Source: Candidatus Thalassarchaeaceae archaeon
Lineage (GTDB): Archaea > Thermoplasmatota > Poseidoniia > Poseidoniales > Thalassarchaeaceae
DNA: 56,311 nt
NCBI GenBank assembly: GCA_030747675.1
Contig: JASLKH010000047.1
Location: forward strand, 1 to 56,311
Direction of reading: 5' to 3'
Below the pieces are notes generated by a model that was not told the DNA's origin, searched no databases, and saw only the letters and a program-made list of their open reading frames with translations. The position numbers and the translations under genes were made by a program. Positions 1 through 8,547 of the stretch are shown here, one piece after another; within the stretch, counting starts at the first letter, position 1; each line of letters starts with the position of its first letter.

Positions 1-519
1 GGCGAAATTCGTGGTGCTGAAGCATATGTTCTATTCCAAGCAATGGCAACGGGACACTGTTCATATTCAACAGTTCACGCCGATTCTGTACCCTCTTTGG
101 TACACCGATTGGAGAATAAACCAATTGACATTCCTAGAGTATTGCTTCCTGCACTTGAAGCTGTTGCGATTCAAATTCAAACAAGAATTAACGGTCGCCG
201 TGTACGTCGAACTAAGCAAATTGTAGAGATTGTAGGAGTTGATCCACACAGTCAAGAGGTGATTACTAATGAGGTATTCAAATGGGATCCAGGTAGGGAT
301 GACTTTGATTTTTCAGGCAAGTCGTATGTCTTGGAGAAAATCATGGTCAAAATTAATTACAGTCAAGAAAAGATGCGTCAAGAATTGAGAACTAGAAAAA
401 GAATTCTGGATTGGATGGTTCTTAATGATATTCGCAAGTCCGATCAAGTTGCTCAAATCATTACTGAGTATTATGTTCGACCCAATGACGTCCTTGCACG
501 TGTTGATGGGCTGCGCTAA
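1..519 (+). CDS. Type II/IV secretion-family ATPase (archaeal FlaI/PilB/VirB11-like), C-terminal fragment; 5' end lies outside the window
   Basis: Frame +1 is open from nt 1 with no start codon (GEIRGAEAYVLFQAMATGHCSYSTVHADS...), which is the conserved C-terminal region of FlaI/PilB-type ATPases. Stop TAA at 517-519. Platform-protein genes follow directly. Confidence 0.85.
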   Translation, partial: GEIRGAEAYVLFQAMATGHCSYSTVHADSVPSLVHRLENKPIDIPRVLLPALEAVAIQIQTRINGRRVRRTKQIVEIVGVDPHSQEVITNEVFKWDPGRDDFDFSGKSYVLEKIMVKINYSQEKMRQELRTRKRILDWMVLNDIRKSDQVAQIITEYYVRPNDVLARVDGLR

Positions 520-536
520 TTAAAGCAGTATGGGAA

Positions 537-1628
537 ATGAGGACAGAGGCGCGAAAAATGGCTAAGAAAAAGGACAATGCACCTTCATTCGAAGGAATGG
601 TTCTTAGTCCATGGCAGAAGTTTTCTAACACAATATGGGGCGGACTTTTCAAGGAAAAGGCACGTAATAACCCAGAACTTCTCCGTACCCTTGCCCAGGC
701 AGATATTAGGGTGATGCCTGAAGTTTACAAGTCAACAGTTCTGATGTCAGCCATTGCAGCAACAATCGGCTCAATTCTAGTAATGGGCTTGATTTTTGCA
801 CCCGATGTAGGTGGCATTGCGTTGTACGAAACTCAACAAGACGATACGACATTAGATGCGTGTATTATTTGGGAATTCGAGAATAAAGCCGCTGCTGCTG
901 CTGCCCAAGAAGCAGGGATAGCTGGTAATGGTTGCCCATTTTACAAAACCAAAGAAGTCTCGTTTGCTGTGAAATCAATCTTTGCCGCCTTGTTCGCAGT
1001 TATTATTCCAATTGGGTCATATCGTTATTTTATGGGCACTGCAGAAAGAGAAAAAAATGCACGTGGACAAAGACTTGAGAAATATCTTCCATATGCAGCA
1101 TCATATACAGCCGCCATGGCTGCGGCGAATGCAACTCCAACAAAAATCTTCAAATCATTAGCGGCAAATGAAGATATTTATGGAGAAATTGCTCATGATT
1201 CTGCCATGATTTATCGAGATATTAGTTTACTTGGTATGGATTTAATTACTGCGATAAAACATGCGGTTGACCGAGCAGCATCTCCGTGGGCAACCGAATT
1301 TTTCCAGGGAATGGTAGGCACCCTATCTAGTGGTGGAAATCTCAAACTTTATTTCCTTAACAGAGCCGAACATTACATGCGTGAAAACAGAATTCGATTA
1401 ACCGAGTTTTTGGAAACACTGGGGTTGATGGCAGAATCTTATGTTGTTGTTGCAGTCGCTATGCCCTTGTTCCTAATTGTAATGCTTGTAATTATGTTCT
1501 GGGTATCTGGTGCAGGATCACAAATAAGTGAAGGAATGGTGTATGGAATTGTAATGGGTATGTTACCCATGATTCACATTGCATATTCCGGCCTTGTGTG
1601 GCTAATGAGTGAAGAAAATAAGGCTTGA
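537..1628 (+). CDS. Pilus/archaellum membrane platform protein, single T2SS-F (FlaJ/TadB/TadC-like) domain, part 1
   Basis: 363 aa. Has an N-terminal TM segment and one T2SSF-like cytoplasmic helical domain (KYLPYAASYTAAMAAANATPTKIF...LGMDLITAIKHAV...GGNLKLYFLNRAEHY). C-terminal TM helices follow (AESYVVVAVAMPLFLIVMLVIMFW). The start may be ATG 537 or ATG 558. Confidence 0.7.
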   Translation: MRTEARKMAKKKDNAPSFEGMVLSPWQKFSNTIWGGLFKEKARNNPELLRTLAQADIRVMPEVYKSTVLMSAIAATIGSILVMGLIFAPDVGGIALYETQQDDTTLDACIIWEFENKAAAAAAQEAGIAGNGCPFYKTKEVSFAVKSIFAALFAVIIPIGSYRYFMGTAEREKNARGQRLEKYLPYAASYTAAMAAANATPTKIFKSLAANEDIYGEIAHDSAMIYRDISLLGMDLITAIKHAVDRAASPWATEFFQGMVGTLSSGGNLKLYFLNRAEHYMRENRIRLTEFLETLGLMAESYVVVAVAMPLFLIVMLVIMFWVSGAGSQISEGMVYGIVMGMLPMIHIAYSGLVWLMSEENKA

Positions 1629-1640
1629 GGAGGTGAAGAA

Positions 1641-3440
1641 ATGGCTCGGAAAAAGAAGGAAAAGATTCGCGTCAATCTTGAGCTTCCTAAAGATGACAAA
1701 ACCCAAGATACCTTCATTGCAATATTGTTGGTTGGTGTAATGATGGGCCTCCTTTCGCTAGGGTTCTGGATTACAAATTCAGATTTAGTATTCCAACCTG
1801 TAAATGGAAACCCAATGTTTGTTAATCTGGCATGTCCAGATTCTTTCGATGCTGAGGATATGAATGGACCATCATATTTTGACAATGAATCATGTTTCCT
1901 TACTCACGAGGCCCCTAGTACAGAATCTTGGGGTGAAACGTGGCTTAGAGTACAATCACCGGGTGATGCCAAAATTTTCCATGTACCTGGAATGGGATCG
2001 ACTCAGTTGATTGATTCTGACGGTATATCTCACCCCCATCCCTTGCAACCAATGACAGTGAAATCTTCAGCACAAGCTAACAACAATTATCGATATTTCG
2101 TTAAAATTCAGCATATTGATGATGGGAATATGACAGAAGTAATTTCTCTGGAATGTTATGCAAATGATGACTCTTGCTCTGATTCAATCCCTAATGCTGA
2201 GGCAAATGGTGAATATCAATTGTGGGTAGTATTCGTACCCATTGAAAACTCACGAACACGAGTAGTAGTGCCTCAGACAAGTTCTGTCATCAATGTCGAA
2301 GGTAGTGAGGCATGTCGAAAGGTAGTGAACGGTCAATCCTTTGGAAACTTTTCAGCGGGCGATTTGGTATACGATTCTAGACACAAGGTATTGGGTACAG
2401 TTGTATCCTGTAGTGATTCAACAATCCAATTTTCTTCAGAAGTATCGTTCACAAGTCCGACTGATTTGTACAGTTATAGCCCCGCAGGCCACGTATTGCA
2501 GGAGGTATCTTTTTCAATAGATGTAGAGGCTTATGATGGAATTCCAGCAAATATGAATAACAATTCACTTTGGGTTGGTCCAGAACTATCTTTAGGCCCA
2601 TTGAATTTACGACCCACTTTATTTGTGAATTTCTTTGGGTTAGGGTTGTTGTTGATGGTTTATCCTGCAGCATTATATTCTGATAGACAAATGGCAAAGA
2701 TTGAGGCAATTGAGGAAAAATTCCCTGATTTCCTTCGTGATTTAGCTGAATACTGGAAAGGTGGTCTTTCAATGACACTTGCAGTCCGCACATTGGCTAA
2801 TTCTGAGTACGGTTCGCTGAACAATGAAGTTAAGAAAATGTCTGATCAATTGTCGTGGGGTATATCCTTTTCAGACGTGCTTGAAATGTTCGCCGAACGA
2901 GTTGGAACACCTTTAGTTAAGAGAGCGGTAAGTTTGGTTAGTGAAGCAAATAAGGCCGGAGGGAAAATTTCAGATATTCTAGTAACTGCTGCAAATGATA
3001 GTAGGGAAATACAATTTTTGAAGGGCGAACGTCAGCGGGCAATCGGCTCGTATATTGCCGTCATTTGGGTTTCATTCATGGTTTTCCTTGGTGTGATTGT
3101 TGTATTGTCTAAGGTTTTCATTCCTGCAATTGCTAGTAGTAATAGCGGGGGTAGTGATGCTACAATTGGAAACATGCAGATTAATGCGGTGGATCCACTT
3201 TTCTTCTTGGTCGTGTTCTTCTATGGAGTTTGTGCACAAGCGATGGGTAATGGAGCAATGGCGGGATTAATGGCAACAGGGCGTCTTTCTACAGGAATGA
3301 AACACGCTGGAATGATGCTAATTATTTGTATTGTATTGTTCAATGTTGCAGCATTCGACCCCAGTTTGATTGGAGTTCCACAACCAGTGGGTTTGAGACC
3401 AGATATAGGCTCAATACCGATGCTTGGTCTACAGGTGTGA
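1641..3440 (+). CDS. Pilus membrane platform protein, single T2SS-F domain, part 2, with a large N-terminal extracytoplasmic insertion
   Basis: 599 aa. A basic N-terminus and TM (FIAILLVGVMMGLLSLGFW) precede about 300 aa of Cys-containing, non-membrane sequence. A T2SSF-like domain follows (FPDFLRDLAEYWKGGLSMTLAVRTL...GTPLVKRAVSLVSEANKAGGKISDIL), then C-terminal TM helices. GGAGGTG lies upstream of the ATG. Confidence 0.7.
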   Translation: MARKKKEKIRVNLELPKDDKTQDTFIAILLVGVMMGLLSLGFWITNSDLVFQPVNGNPMFVNLACPDSFDAEDMNGPSYFDNESCFLTHEAPSTESWGETWLRVQSPGDAKIFHVPGMGSTQLIDSDGISHPHPLQPMTVKSSAQANNNYRYFVKIQHIDDGNMTEVISLECYANDDSCSDSIPNAEANGEYQLWVVFVPIENSRTRVVVPQTSSVINVEGSEACRKVVNGQSFGNFSAGDLVYDSRHKVLGTVVSCSDSTIQFSSEVSFTSPTDLYSYSPAGHVLQEVSFSIDVEAYDGIPANMNNNSLWVGPELSLGPLNLRPTLFVNFFGLGLLLMVYPAALYSDRQMAKIEAIEEKFPDFLRDLAEYWKGGLSMTLAVRTLANSEYGSLNNEVKKMSDQLSWGISFSDVLEMFAERVGTPLVKRAVSLVSEANKAGGKISDILVTAANDSREIQFLKGERQRAIGSYIAVIWVSFMVFLGVIVVLSKVFIPAIASSNSGGSDATIGNMQINAVDPLFFLVVFFYGVCAQAMGNGAMAGLMATGRLSTGMKHAGMMLIICIVLFNVAAFDPSLIGVPQPVGLRPDIGSIPMLGLQV

Positions 3441-3444
3441 GTTT

Positions 3445-3897
3445 ATGCGCAAGCGCCGTGATGAATCTGCTCAAGTACATGTCATTGAGATGATCACTTT
3501 ATTCTGGCTATTTTTTATGACTGCAACATTCATTTTACAGTTGAAAGTACCAGATCCGACATCACCCGCAAGTGACGGAACTCTTGATTTGGCAGCAGAG
3601 GATGCGTACGATAGTTTGGCAGGTGAAATTGCCATAGACCCCGCAAATCATACATCTCGTCTAGGAGAAATGTTGACATCAGGTGATTTGAATGATGCTT
3701 GCAATATTATGTTGGAAACATTACCATCTTCAATAAGGGGTAATTGTTGGGTTGCAGTTGATGCTGGGTCAAAATCAATGCAAGGCGAGCAGTCTCAAAC
3801 AGATGGAACCACTCTGTCTACATATCATCTACTACATGACCGAGGGAGAGTCTGGACGGTTGGAATCCAGGTATGGTACGTGGGTGGTAGTTCATGA
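3445..3897 (+). CDS. Pilin-like/TadE-like protein with putative class III (type IV prepilin-like) signal peptide
   Basis: The internal ATG at 3445 is preceded by AGGTG and lies just after the upstream stop at 3440. The N-terminus MRKRRDESA|QVHVIEMITLFWLFFMTATFIL is a charged leader followed by a Q/E-containing hydrophobic helix. The gene sits immediately downstream of the ATPase and platform genes. Confidence 0.45.
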   Translation: MRKRRDESAQVHVIEMITLFWLFFMTATFILQLKVPDPTSPASDGTLDLAAEDAYDSLAGEIAIDPANHTSRLGEMLTSGDLNDACNIMLETLPSSIRGNCWVAVDAGSKSMQGEQSQTDGTTLSTYHLLHDRGRVWTVGIQVWYVGGSS

Positions 3898-4331
3898 TGA
3901 ATCGAACAATATCTAACGATAATCACGGCCAAATGCTCTTAATGACTGGATTAATTCTGATGTTTTCTTTGTTAACTATGGCCGTTACCACTATCAAAAG
4001 TGCTAGTTTAGGAGAACCATATGATGCGAATGAAGATGCAGTTTTGGATGCTAGTGTTGAAACAAAAGAAGCATGGCAACCATTACTTGAAAACCGTTCA
4101 ATCATTCTGTTTGAAGCGGGATCTAATGAGACCGTCTCGTCAAAATCAGCGGCCCAATCAATTTCTGAAGATTTAATGAGGCATGGTGAGAATAGAGGGG
4201 TTGAAATAATTATCATTGATATCATTGTTACAGGTAATGGGACCTCACGAACAGTCACTGCTAGTGCAGGGATTGCCGATAGTCATTCTAGAATGCAATT
4301 GCAATTGGAAGCAACAATAAACTTCACTTAG
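3894..4331 (+). CDS. Pilin-like protein with putative class III signal peptide
   Basis: An ATGA start/stop overlap couples it to the previous gene. The N-terminus ...SNDNHG|QMLLMTGLILMFSLLTMAV has a G-Q junction followed by a hydrophobic helix, as in archaeal prepilins. Confidence 0.45.
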   Translation: MMNRTISNDNHGQMLLMTGLILMFSLLTMAVTTIKSASLGEPYDANEDAVLDASVETKEAWQPLLENRSIILFEAGSNETVSSKSAAQSISEDLMRHGENRGVEIIIIDIIVTGNGTSRTVTASAGIADSHSRMQLQLEATINFT

Positions 4332-5525
4332 GTGATTAATATCGAGATTGAAAGTATCAATTTGATAATTTCAATTATAACCGTTATTTCTTTCCTTGAA
4401 GTATTGCGTTCTCATAATTCAATGTCACTTGCTATTCAATGTCAGCGAATTTCACTTCCACTTTCGGAGTATCCCAGTGTCAGCATCATTCGACCAATAA
4501 AGGGATTAGATGTCAATGCACGAGATAATATTGTATCATCTCTAGAACATGGTTATGAGGGCGATATTGAAATTCTATTCATTTTTGATGATGAATCTGA
4601 ACCTGCAATTCCAATCGTCAAAGAATCATTATCCAATCACCCCGAAGTCAATGCGAGAATCATATATTCTGGTCAACCTAAGCAGGGATGGACGGGGAAA
4701 TTAAATGCAATGCTCGTTGCTTATGAGCATGCTGAAGGCGATCTAATTGCCTTTGCAGATTCAGATATCCAAACCGATGAAAGAACATTGAGTAGTTTAG
4801 TTGAATGTATAATGGGAAGTGACCAAATTGGGGCGTCCTTCGCCCCAGTAGTTGGGATCAATAAATCAGAAACATGGGGTGATGCCGGTTACAACATGAT
4901 GTTGAATGGGTTGTATGCTCCCGCATTATCTGAATTAGTATTGAAATCAGATAACGAATTATCATTTGTTATGGGGCAATTCATGATTTTCAAGCGTGAA
5001 GCACTTGAATCCATAGGGGGAATAAAATCAGCTAAGGGGCAATTAGTGGATGATATGTATCTTGGTTCCAAAGTTGCAGAAGCAGGATATTACAATTCAG
5101 TTTCTTCCCATCCAGTATCTATCGTCCAATCTAATTTATCATTTGGAAACTTTTGGTCTATATTCAAAAGGTGGATTGCATTCTCTAGAAGTGGTTTATC
5201 GAGTGCCGATTTGAAATTTAAATCGTGGATTAGAGGATTGATTTTTTGGTTTAGTCTTATTGGAACGATATTCTATTTTAGCATTGGAAATATTTGTATT
5301 TTTAGTATGCTTGTAATCACAAATTTAAGTTTGAATATTAGTATAATTCGCTTACATTCAGTTACAGGTGGTTCACATTTAAAATACAGATATTGGTTTA
5401 TAGTACCATTTTTGTTTTTGAGTGCCCCGATTATTTATTTTAGTATCTTTTTCAACAGAGAAGTTGAATGGCGTGGCCGAAATTACTCACTTCGATCTGA
5501 TGCAAAATTGACAGATGAAGAGTGA
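4332..5525 (+). CDS. Glycosyltransferase, GT2/GT21 (ceramide glucosyltransferase-like) with C-terminal TM segments
   Basis: 397 aa with a GTG start directly after the upstream stop. Motifs: SVSIIRPIKGLD, ILFIFDDESEP, FADSDI (DxD-like) and FKRW (QxxRW-like). The C-terminus is hydrophobic. By eye the gene is more AT-rich than its neighbours. Confidence 0.65.
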   Translation: MINIEIESINLIISIITVISFLEVLRSHNSMSLAIQCQRISLPLSEYPSVSIIRPIKGLDVNARDNIVSSLEHGYEGDIEILFIFDDESEPAIPIVKESLSNHPEVNARIIYSGQPKQGWTGKLNAMLVAYEHAEGDLIAFADSDIQTDERTLSSLVECIMGSDQIGASFAPVVGINKSETWGDAGYNMMLNGLYAPALSELVLKSDNELSFVMGQFMIFKREALESIGGIKSAKGQLVDDMYLGSKVAEAGYYNSVSSHPVSIVQSNLSFGNFWSIFKRWIAFSRSGLSSADLKFKSWIRGLIFWFSLIGTIFYFSIGNICIFSMLVITNLSLNISIIRLHSVTGGSHLKYRYWFIVPFLFLSAPIIYFSIFFNREVEWRGRNYSLRSDAKLTDEE

Positions 5526-5533
5526 ACAATATT

Positions 5534-6154
5534 TTATCTTCGATTGGCAGCATACCATGCTTCATCTAGCCATTGGCGCACCATTCCAACTCCATCTTGA
5601 TGCAGCCTTGTATCAATCACTTTCCATTCAGCCCCCGCGCCACGTTCTTCAATAGCTCGTTGAATTGCTCGAATACGATCAAATCCAATTCGATAGCGGT
5701 TCGGCCCTCTCCAAGTATTTTCTTCTCGAGATTCAATTCTTGAACTGTGTGTAGTTTCATCTTCAATTTTCAGAATGATGCCAATTGAAGCACCACCTGC
5801 ATCATTCCATGCATTCAATAATTTTCTTGAAGGTAGAATATGCACACCTTCGATGATTAGATCAACTCCTTGCTGCCGTGCTCTTTCAACAACTGCTTGA
5901 ATTCCAAGCTGTACTGCCTGTGCAGCATCATCCCAATCAGTTGCTGGATCTCCGACATCACCTCGACCATATGATGAACGGAACAATGCAGAATCCGTAT
6001 CTGTCATAGTAGCGCGCATAACTTCTCGAATAGTATCTGTTGATGCAATTCTGGCGATGCTAAGTTCATGTGCAACCGCTTTGGAGAGTGTGGTCTTTCC
6101 AACTCCTGTTGCACCTGAGATTAGAATCAATCTTGGTATGCTTTTGGCTGTCAT
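5534..6154 (-). CDS. P-loop kinase, 2-phosphoglycerate kinase-like
   Basis: 206 aa. Walker A GATGVGKTT is followed by ...IASTDTIREVMR, a pattern typical of the 2-PGK family. Confidence 0.55.
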   Translation of the reverse strand: MTAKSIPRLILISGATGVGKTTLSKAVAHELSIARIASTDTIREVMRATMTDTDSALFRSSYGRGDVGDPATDWDDAAQAVQLGIQAVVERARQQGVDLIIEGVHILPSRKLLNAWNDAGGASIGIILKIEDETTHSSRIESREENTWRGPNRYRIGFDRIRAIQRAIEERGAGAEWKVIDTRLHQDGVGMVRQWLDEAWYAANRR

Positions 6155-6190
6155 GTAATCCTCCCTTGGCTAAGAACTCTGTAATCTTGG

Positions 6191-7609
6191 TCATTGTTGG
6201 ATGGCCTTTACTTCCAAGAATTCTTCTAATCCGTGTATCCCGAGTTCTCGACCATTTCCTGACATTTTGTAACCGCCAAATGGGGCGCTAATATTGAATG
6301 CTCCACCATTGATGCTAACTTGACCAGTTCGCATTTTTTTCGCGAATGCTATTGCCCGATCAACGTCTGTCGACCAAACACCACCAGATAAACCGTAGAT
6401 TGAATCATTTGCTAGTTGCAGTGCCTCCTCTTCAGATTCATAGGTTGTAATTACAAGAACAGGCCCAAATATTTCTTCTTTCCAAATAGTCATTTCAGGG
6501 GTAACATCTGCAAAAGCAGTGGGTTTTACAAAATATCCTGAATCAAGCCCCTCCGGCATACCTTCGCCTCCTGCGAGTAATGTTGCTCCTTCCCTAATTC
6601 CTGTTGAAATGTATGCTTCAACACTCTTTTGCTGCTTTTCTGAAACCATGGGTCCACATCGAGTACCATCAGCAAGAGGGTCCCCTGCGGTATATCCAGA
6701 TACACGTGCAGATATAATTTCACACACATCATCTCTCATTGATTTTGGAATAATTAGTCGAGTAAGGGCTGAACATGTTTGACCCGAGTTTTGGAAACAT
6801 GCCCCAATTGACTTTTTGGCAACTAATACTGGATCGGCATCATCTAGTGCCACATTTGCACTTTTCCCTCCAAGTTCTAATGTCACACGCTTTACAGTTG
6901 GTGCTGCGGCTTGACTAACTTGCACACCAGCTCCTGTTGAACCGGTAAAGGACACCATGTCAATATCGGGATGCCCAGATAGTAATTCTCCGACTTCGGA
7001 TCCATGGCCACTGACTAAGTTGAAGACCCCCGCGGGCAAGTCAATATTGTCGATAATATCTGCCAGCAAGAAAGCATTCAATGGGGCTTCTTTACTAGGC
7101 TTGAGAACCATTGTGCATCCAGCCGCAAGTGCAGGTGCAACCTTACCAATGATTTGGTGTAATGGGAAATTCCAAGGTGTGATAAATGCGCAGATACCAA
7201 CAGGTTCTTTCACAAGTAATGAATTACGAACTTGTTCTTCCCATTCAAAATTTTCGAGCATTTTCGCATAGGATCTTGTAACCACTCTTGGTGTACCAAC
7301 CATTGCCATTCGACTGTAATCAATTGGTGTACCAACTTCTGCTGTAATAGTCTGTGCCAACTCTTCAGTATTTTCTTTAAGTGCCGCAGAAAGTTGGTTC
7401 AATACTGAAATTCTTTCTTCACATGTACTTGATTGCCATATCGGAAATGCTGCTTTTGCTGCTGCGACTGCAGCATTAACATCATCTGATGAACCAACTG
7501 GTACAGATCCAATAATTTGTTCTGTTGCTGGATTGATAACTTCGATGGTACCATTCCCGGTTGCATCGACCCATTCTCCTCCGATGTACAAACTATTCCG
7601 CTGCATCAT
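6191..7609 (-). CDS. NAD(P)+-dependent aldehyde dehydrogenase
   Basis: 472 aa. ALDH motifs are present: ITPWNFP, LELGGKS and FQNSGQTCSA (catalytic Cys). Confidence 0.9.
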   Translation of the reverse strand: MMQRNSLYIGGEWVDATGNGTIEVINPATEQIIGSVPVGSSDDVNAAVAAAKAAFPIWQSSTCEERISVLNQLSAALKENTEELAQTITAEVGTPIDYSRMAMVGTPRVVTRSYAKMLENFEWEEQVRNSLLVKEPVGICAFITPWNFPLHQIIGKVAPALAAGCTMVLKPSKEAPLNAFLLADIIDNIDLPAGVFNLVSGHGSEVGELLSGHPDIDMVSFTGSTGAGVQVSQAAAPTVKRVTLELGGKSANVALDDADPVLVAKKSIGACFQNSGQTCSALTRLIIPKSMRDDVCEIISARVSGYTAGDPLADGTRCGPMVSEKQQKSVEAYISTGIREGATLLAGGEGMPEGLDSGYFVKPTAFADVTPEMTIWKEEIFGPVLVITTYESEEEALQLANDSIYGLSGGVWSTDVDRAIAFAKKMRTGQVSINGGAFNISAPFGGYKMSGNGRELGIHGLEEFLEVKAIQQ

Positions 7610-7679
7610 AAGGGGGGCCAGTAATCGGCAACTTATGACATTACATGCATTTCAAGAATGAGAACAGTGACCGCTAGGT

Positions 7680-8462
7680 ATGGCGCTGATAGTTAAACAC
7701 CTTGATTCTGGTGTGGTGGTGGCGACACTTTCAGATGAGGCTGCTCGTAATGCATTCGATCGCAATTCGATGCAAGCAATTTCAGGTACATTGAATGAAT
7801 TAATGGATGATTCTGAGGTACGTAGTGTTATTTTGACTGGTTCTGGGAAATTTTTCTGTGCCGGTGCAGATATCCGGGAATTTGATAAATCTGTGAAAAA
7901 CGGGACAATTGGGGATTTAGTTGGTGATTTAACAGGTATTTTACATCCTTTACAGATTAGAATGAGGGGAGATTCCACAGTATTCATTGCAGCAATAAAT
8001 GGTGCTGCTGCAGGTGGGGGACTAGGCCTTGCATTGGCTTGTGATGCTAGGATTGCTGTCCCCGAATCTCGACTATCAGCTGCATTTTTTAGATTAGGAT
8101 TATCTCCTGATGGAGGGACAACTTGGCTTTTACCGCGATTAGTTGGAACTCAAACAACGAAACGTTTCTTCTTTAACGATGAAACATGGAATGGTGAAAC
8201 TGCTCTATTGAAAGGTGCAGTTGACGAAGTTGTACATCTTGACGAGTTAATTCCTCGTTCAATTGAGATGGCTACAGATTGGGGCCGTTGGGCTGAAATG
8301 AGTCGGCGCAGCACAAAGCAATTACTTGATGCTCAAAGTTCGACATTTTTTGAAACTCAGTTAGAATTTGAACGTGCCCTAATTACTGCGGCTTCAATGA
8401 CAGAGGATTTTGCTACAGGTGTCTCAGCATTTTTGGAAAAGAAAGAACCCGAATTTGAATAA
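7680..8462 (+). CDS. Enoyl-CoA hydratase/isomerase (crotonase family)
   Basis: 260 aa. Motifs: GSGKFFCAGADIREF and GAAAGGGLGLALACDARIA. Confidence 0.85.
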   Translation: MALIVKHLDSGVVVATLSDEAARNAFDRNSMQAISGTLNELMDDSEVRSVILTGSGKFFCAGADIREFDKSVKNGTIGDLVGDLTGILHPLQIRMRGDSTVFIAAINGAAAGGGLGLALACDARIAVPESRLSAAFFRLGLSPDGGTTWLLPRLVGTQTTKRFFFNDETWNGETALLKGAVDEVVHLDELIPRSIEMATDWGRWAEMSRRSTKQLLDAQSSTFFETQLEFERALITAASMTEDFATGVSAFLEKKEPEFE

Positions 8463-8479
8463 CACACCCTATGGGTGTG
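8463..8479 (+). other. GC-clamped hairpin immediately after a stop codon (CACACCC-TAT-GGGTGTG)
   Basis: A perfect 7-bp stem with a 3-nt loop starts 1 nt after TAA at 8460-8462. It belongs to a recurring CCC-NNN-GGG hairpin type (see findings). Confidence 0.4.
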
Positions 8480-8547
8480 ATTAATGACTCAAAACGGTCA
8501 AATCATCTAACCAATGATATCATAACTGATATTGATTGACAATTAGA

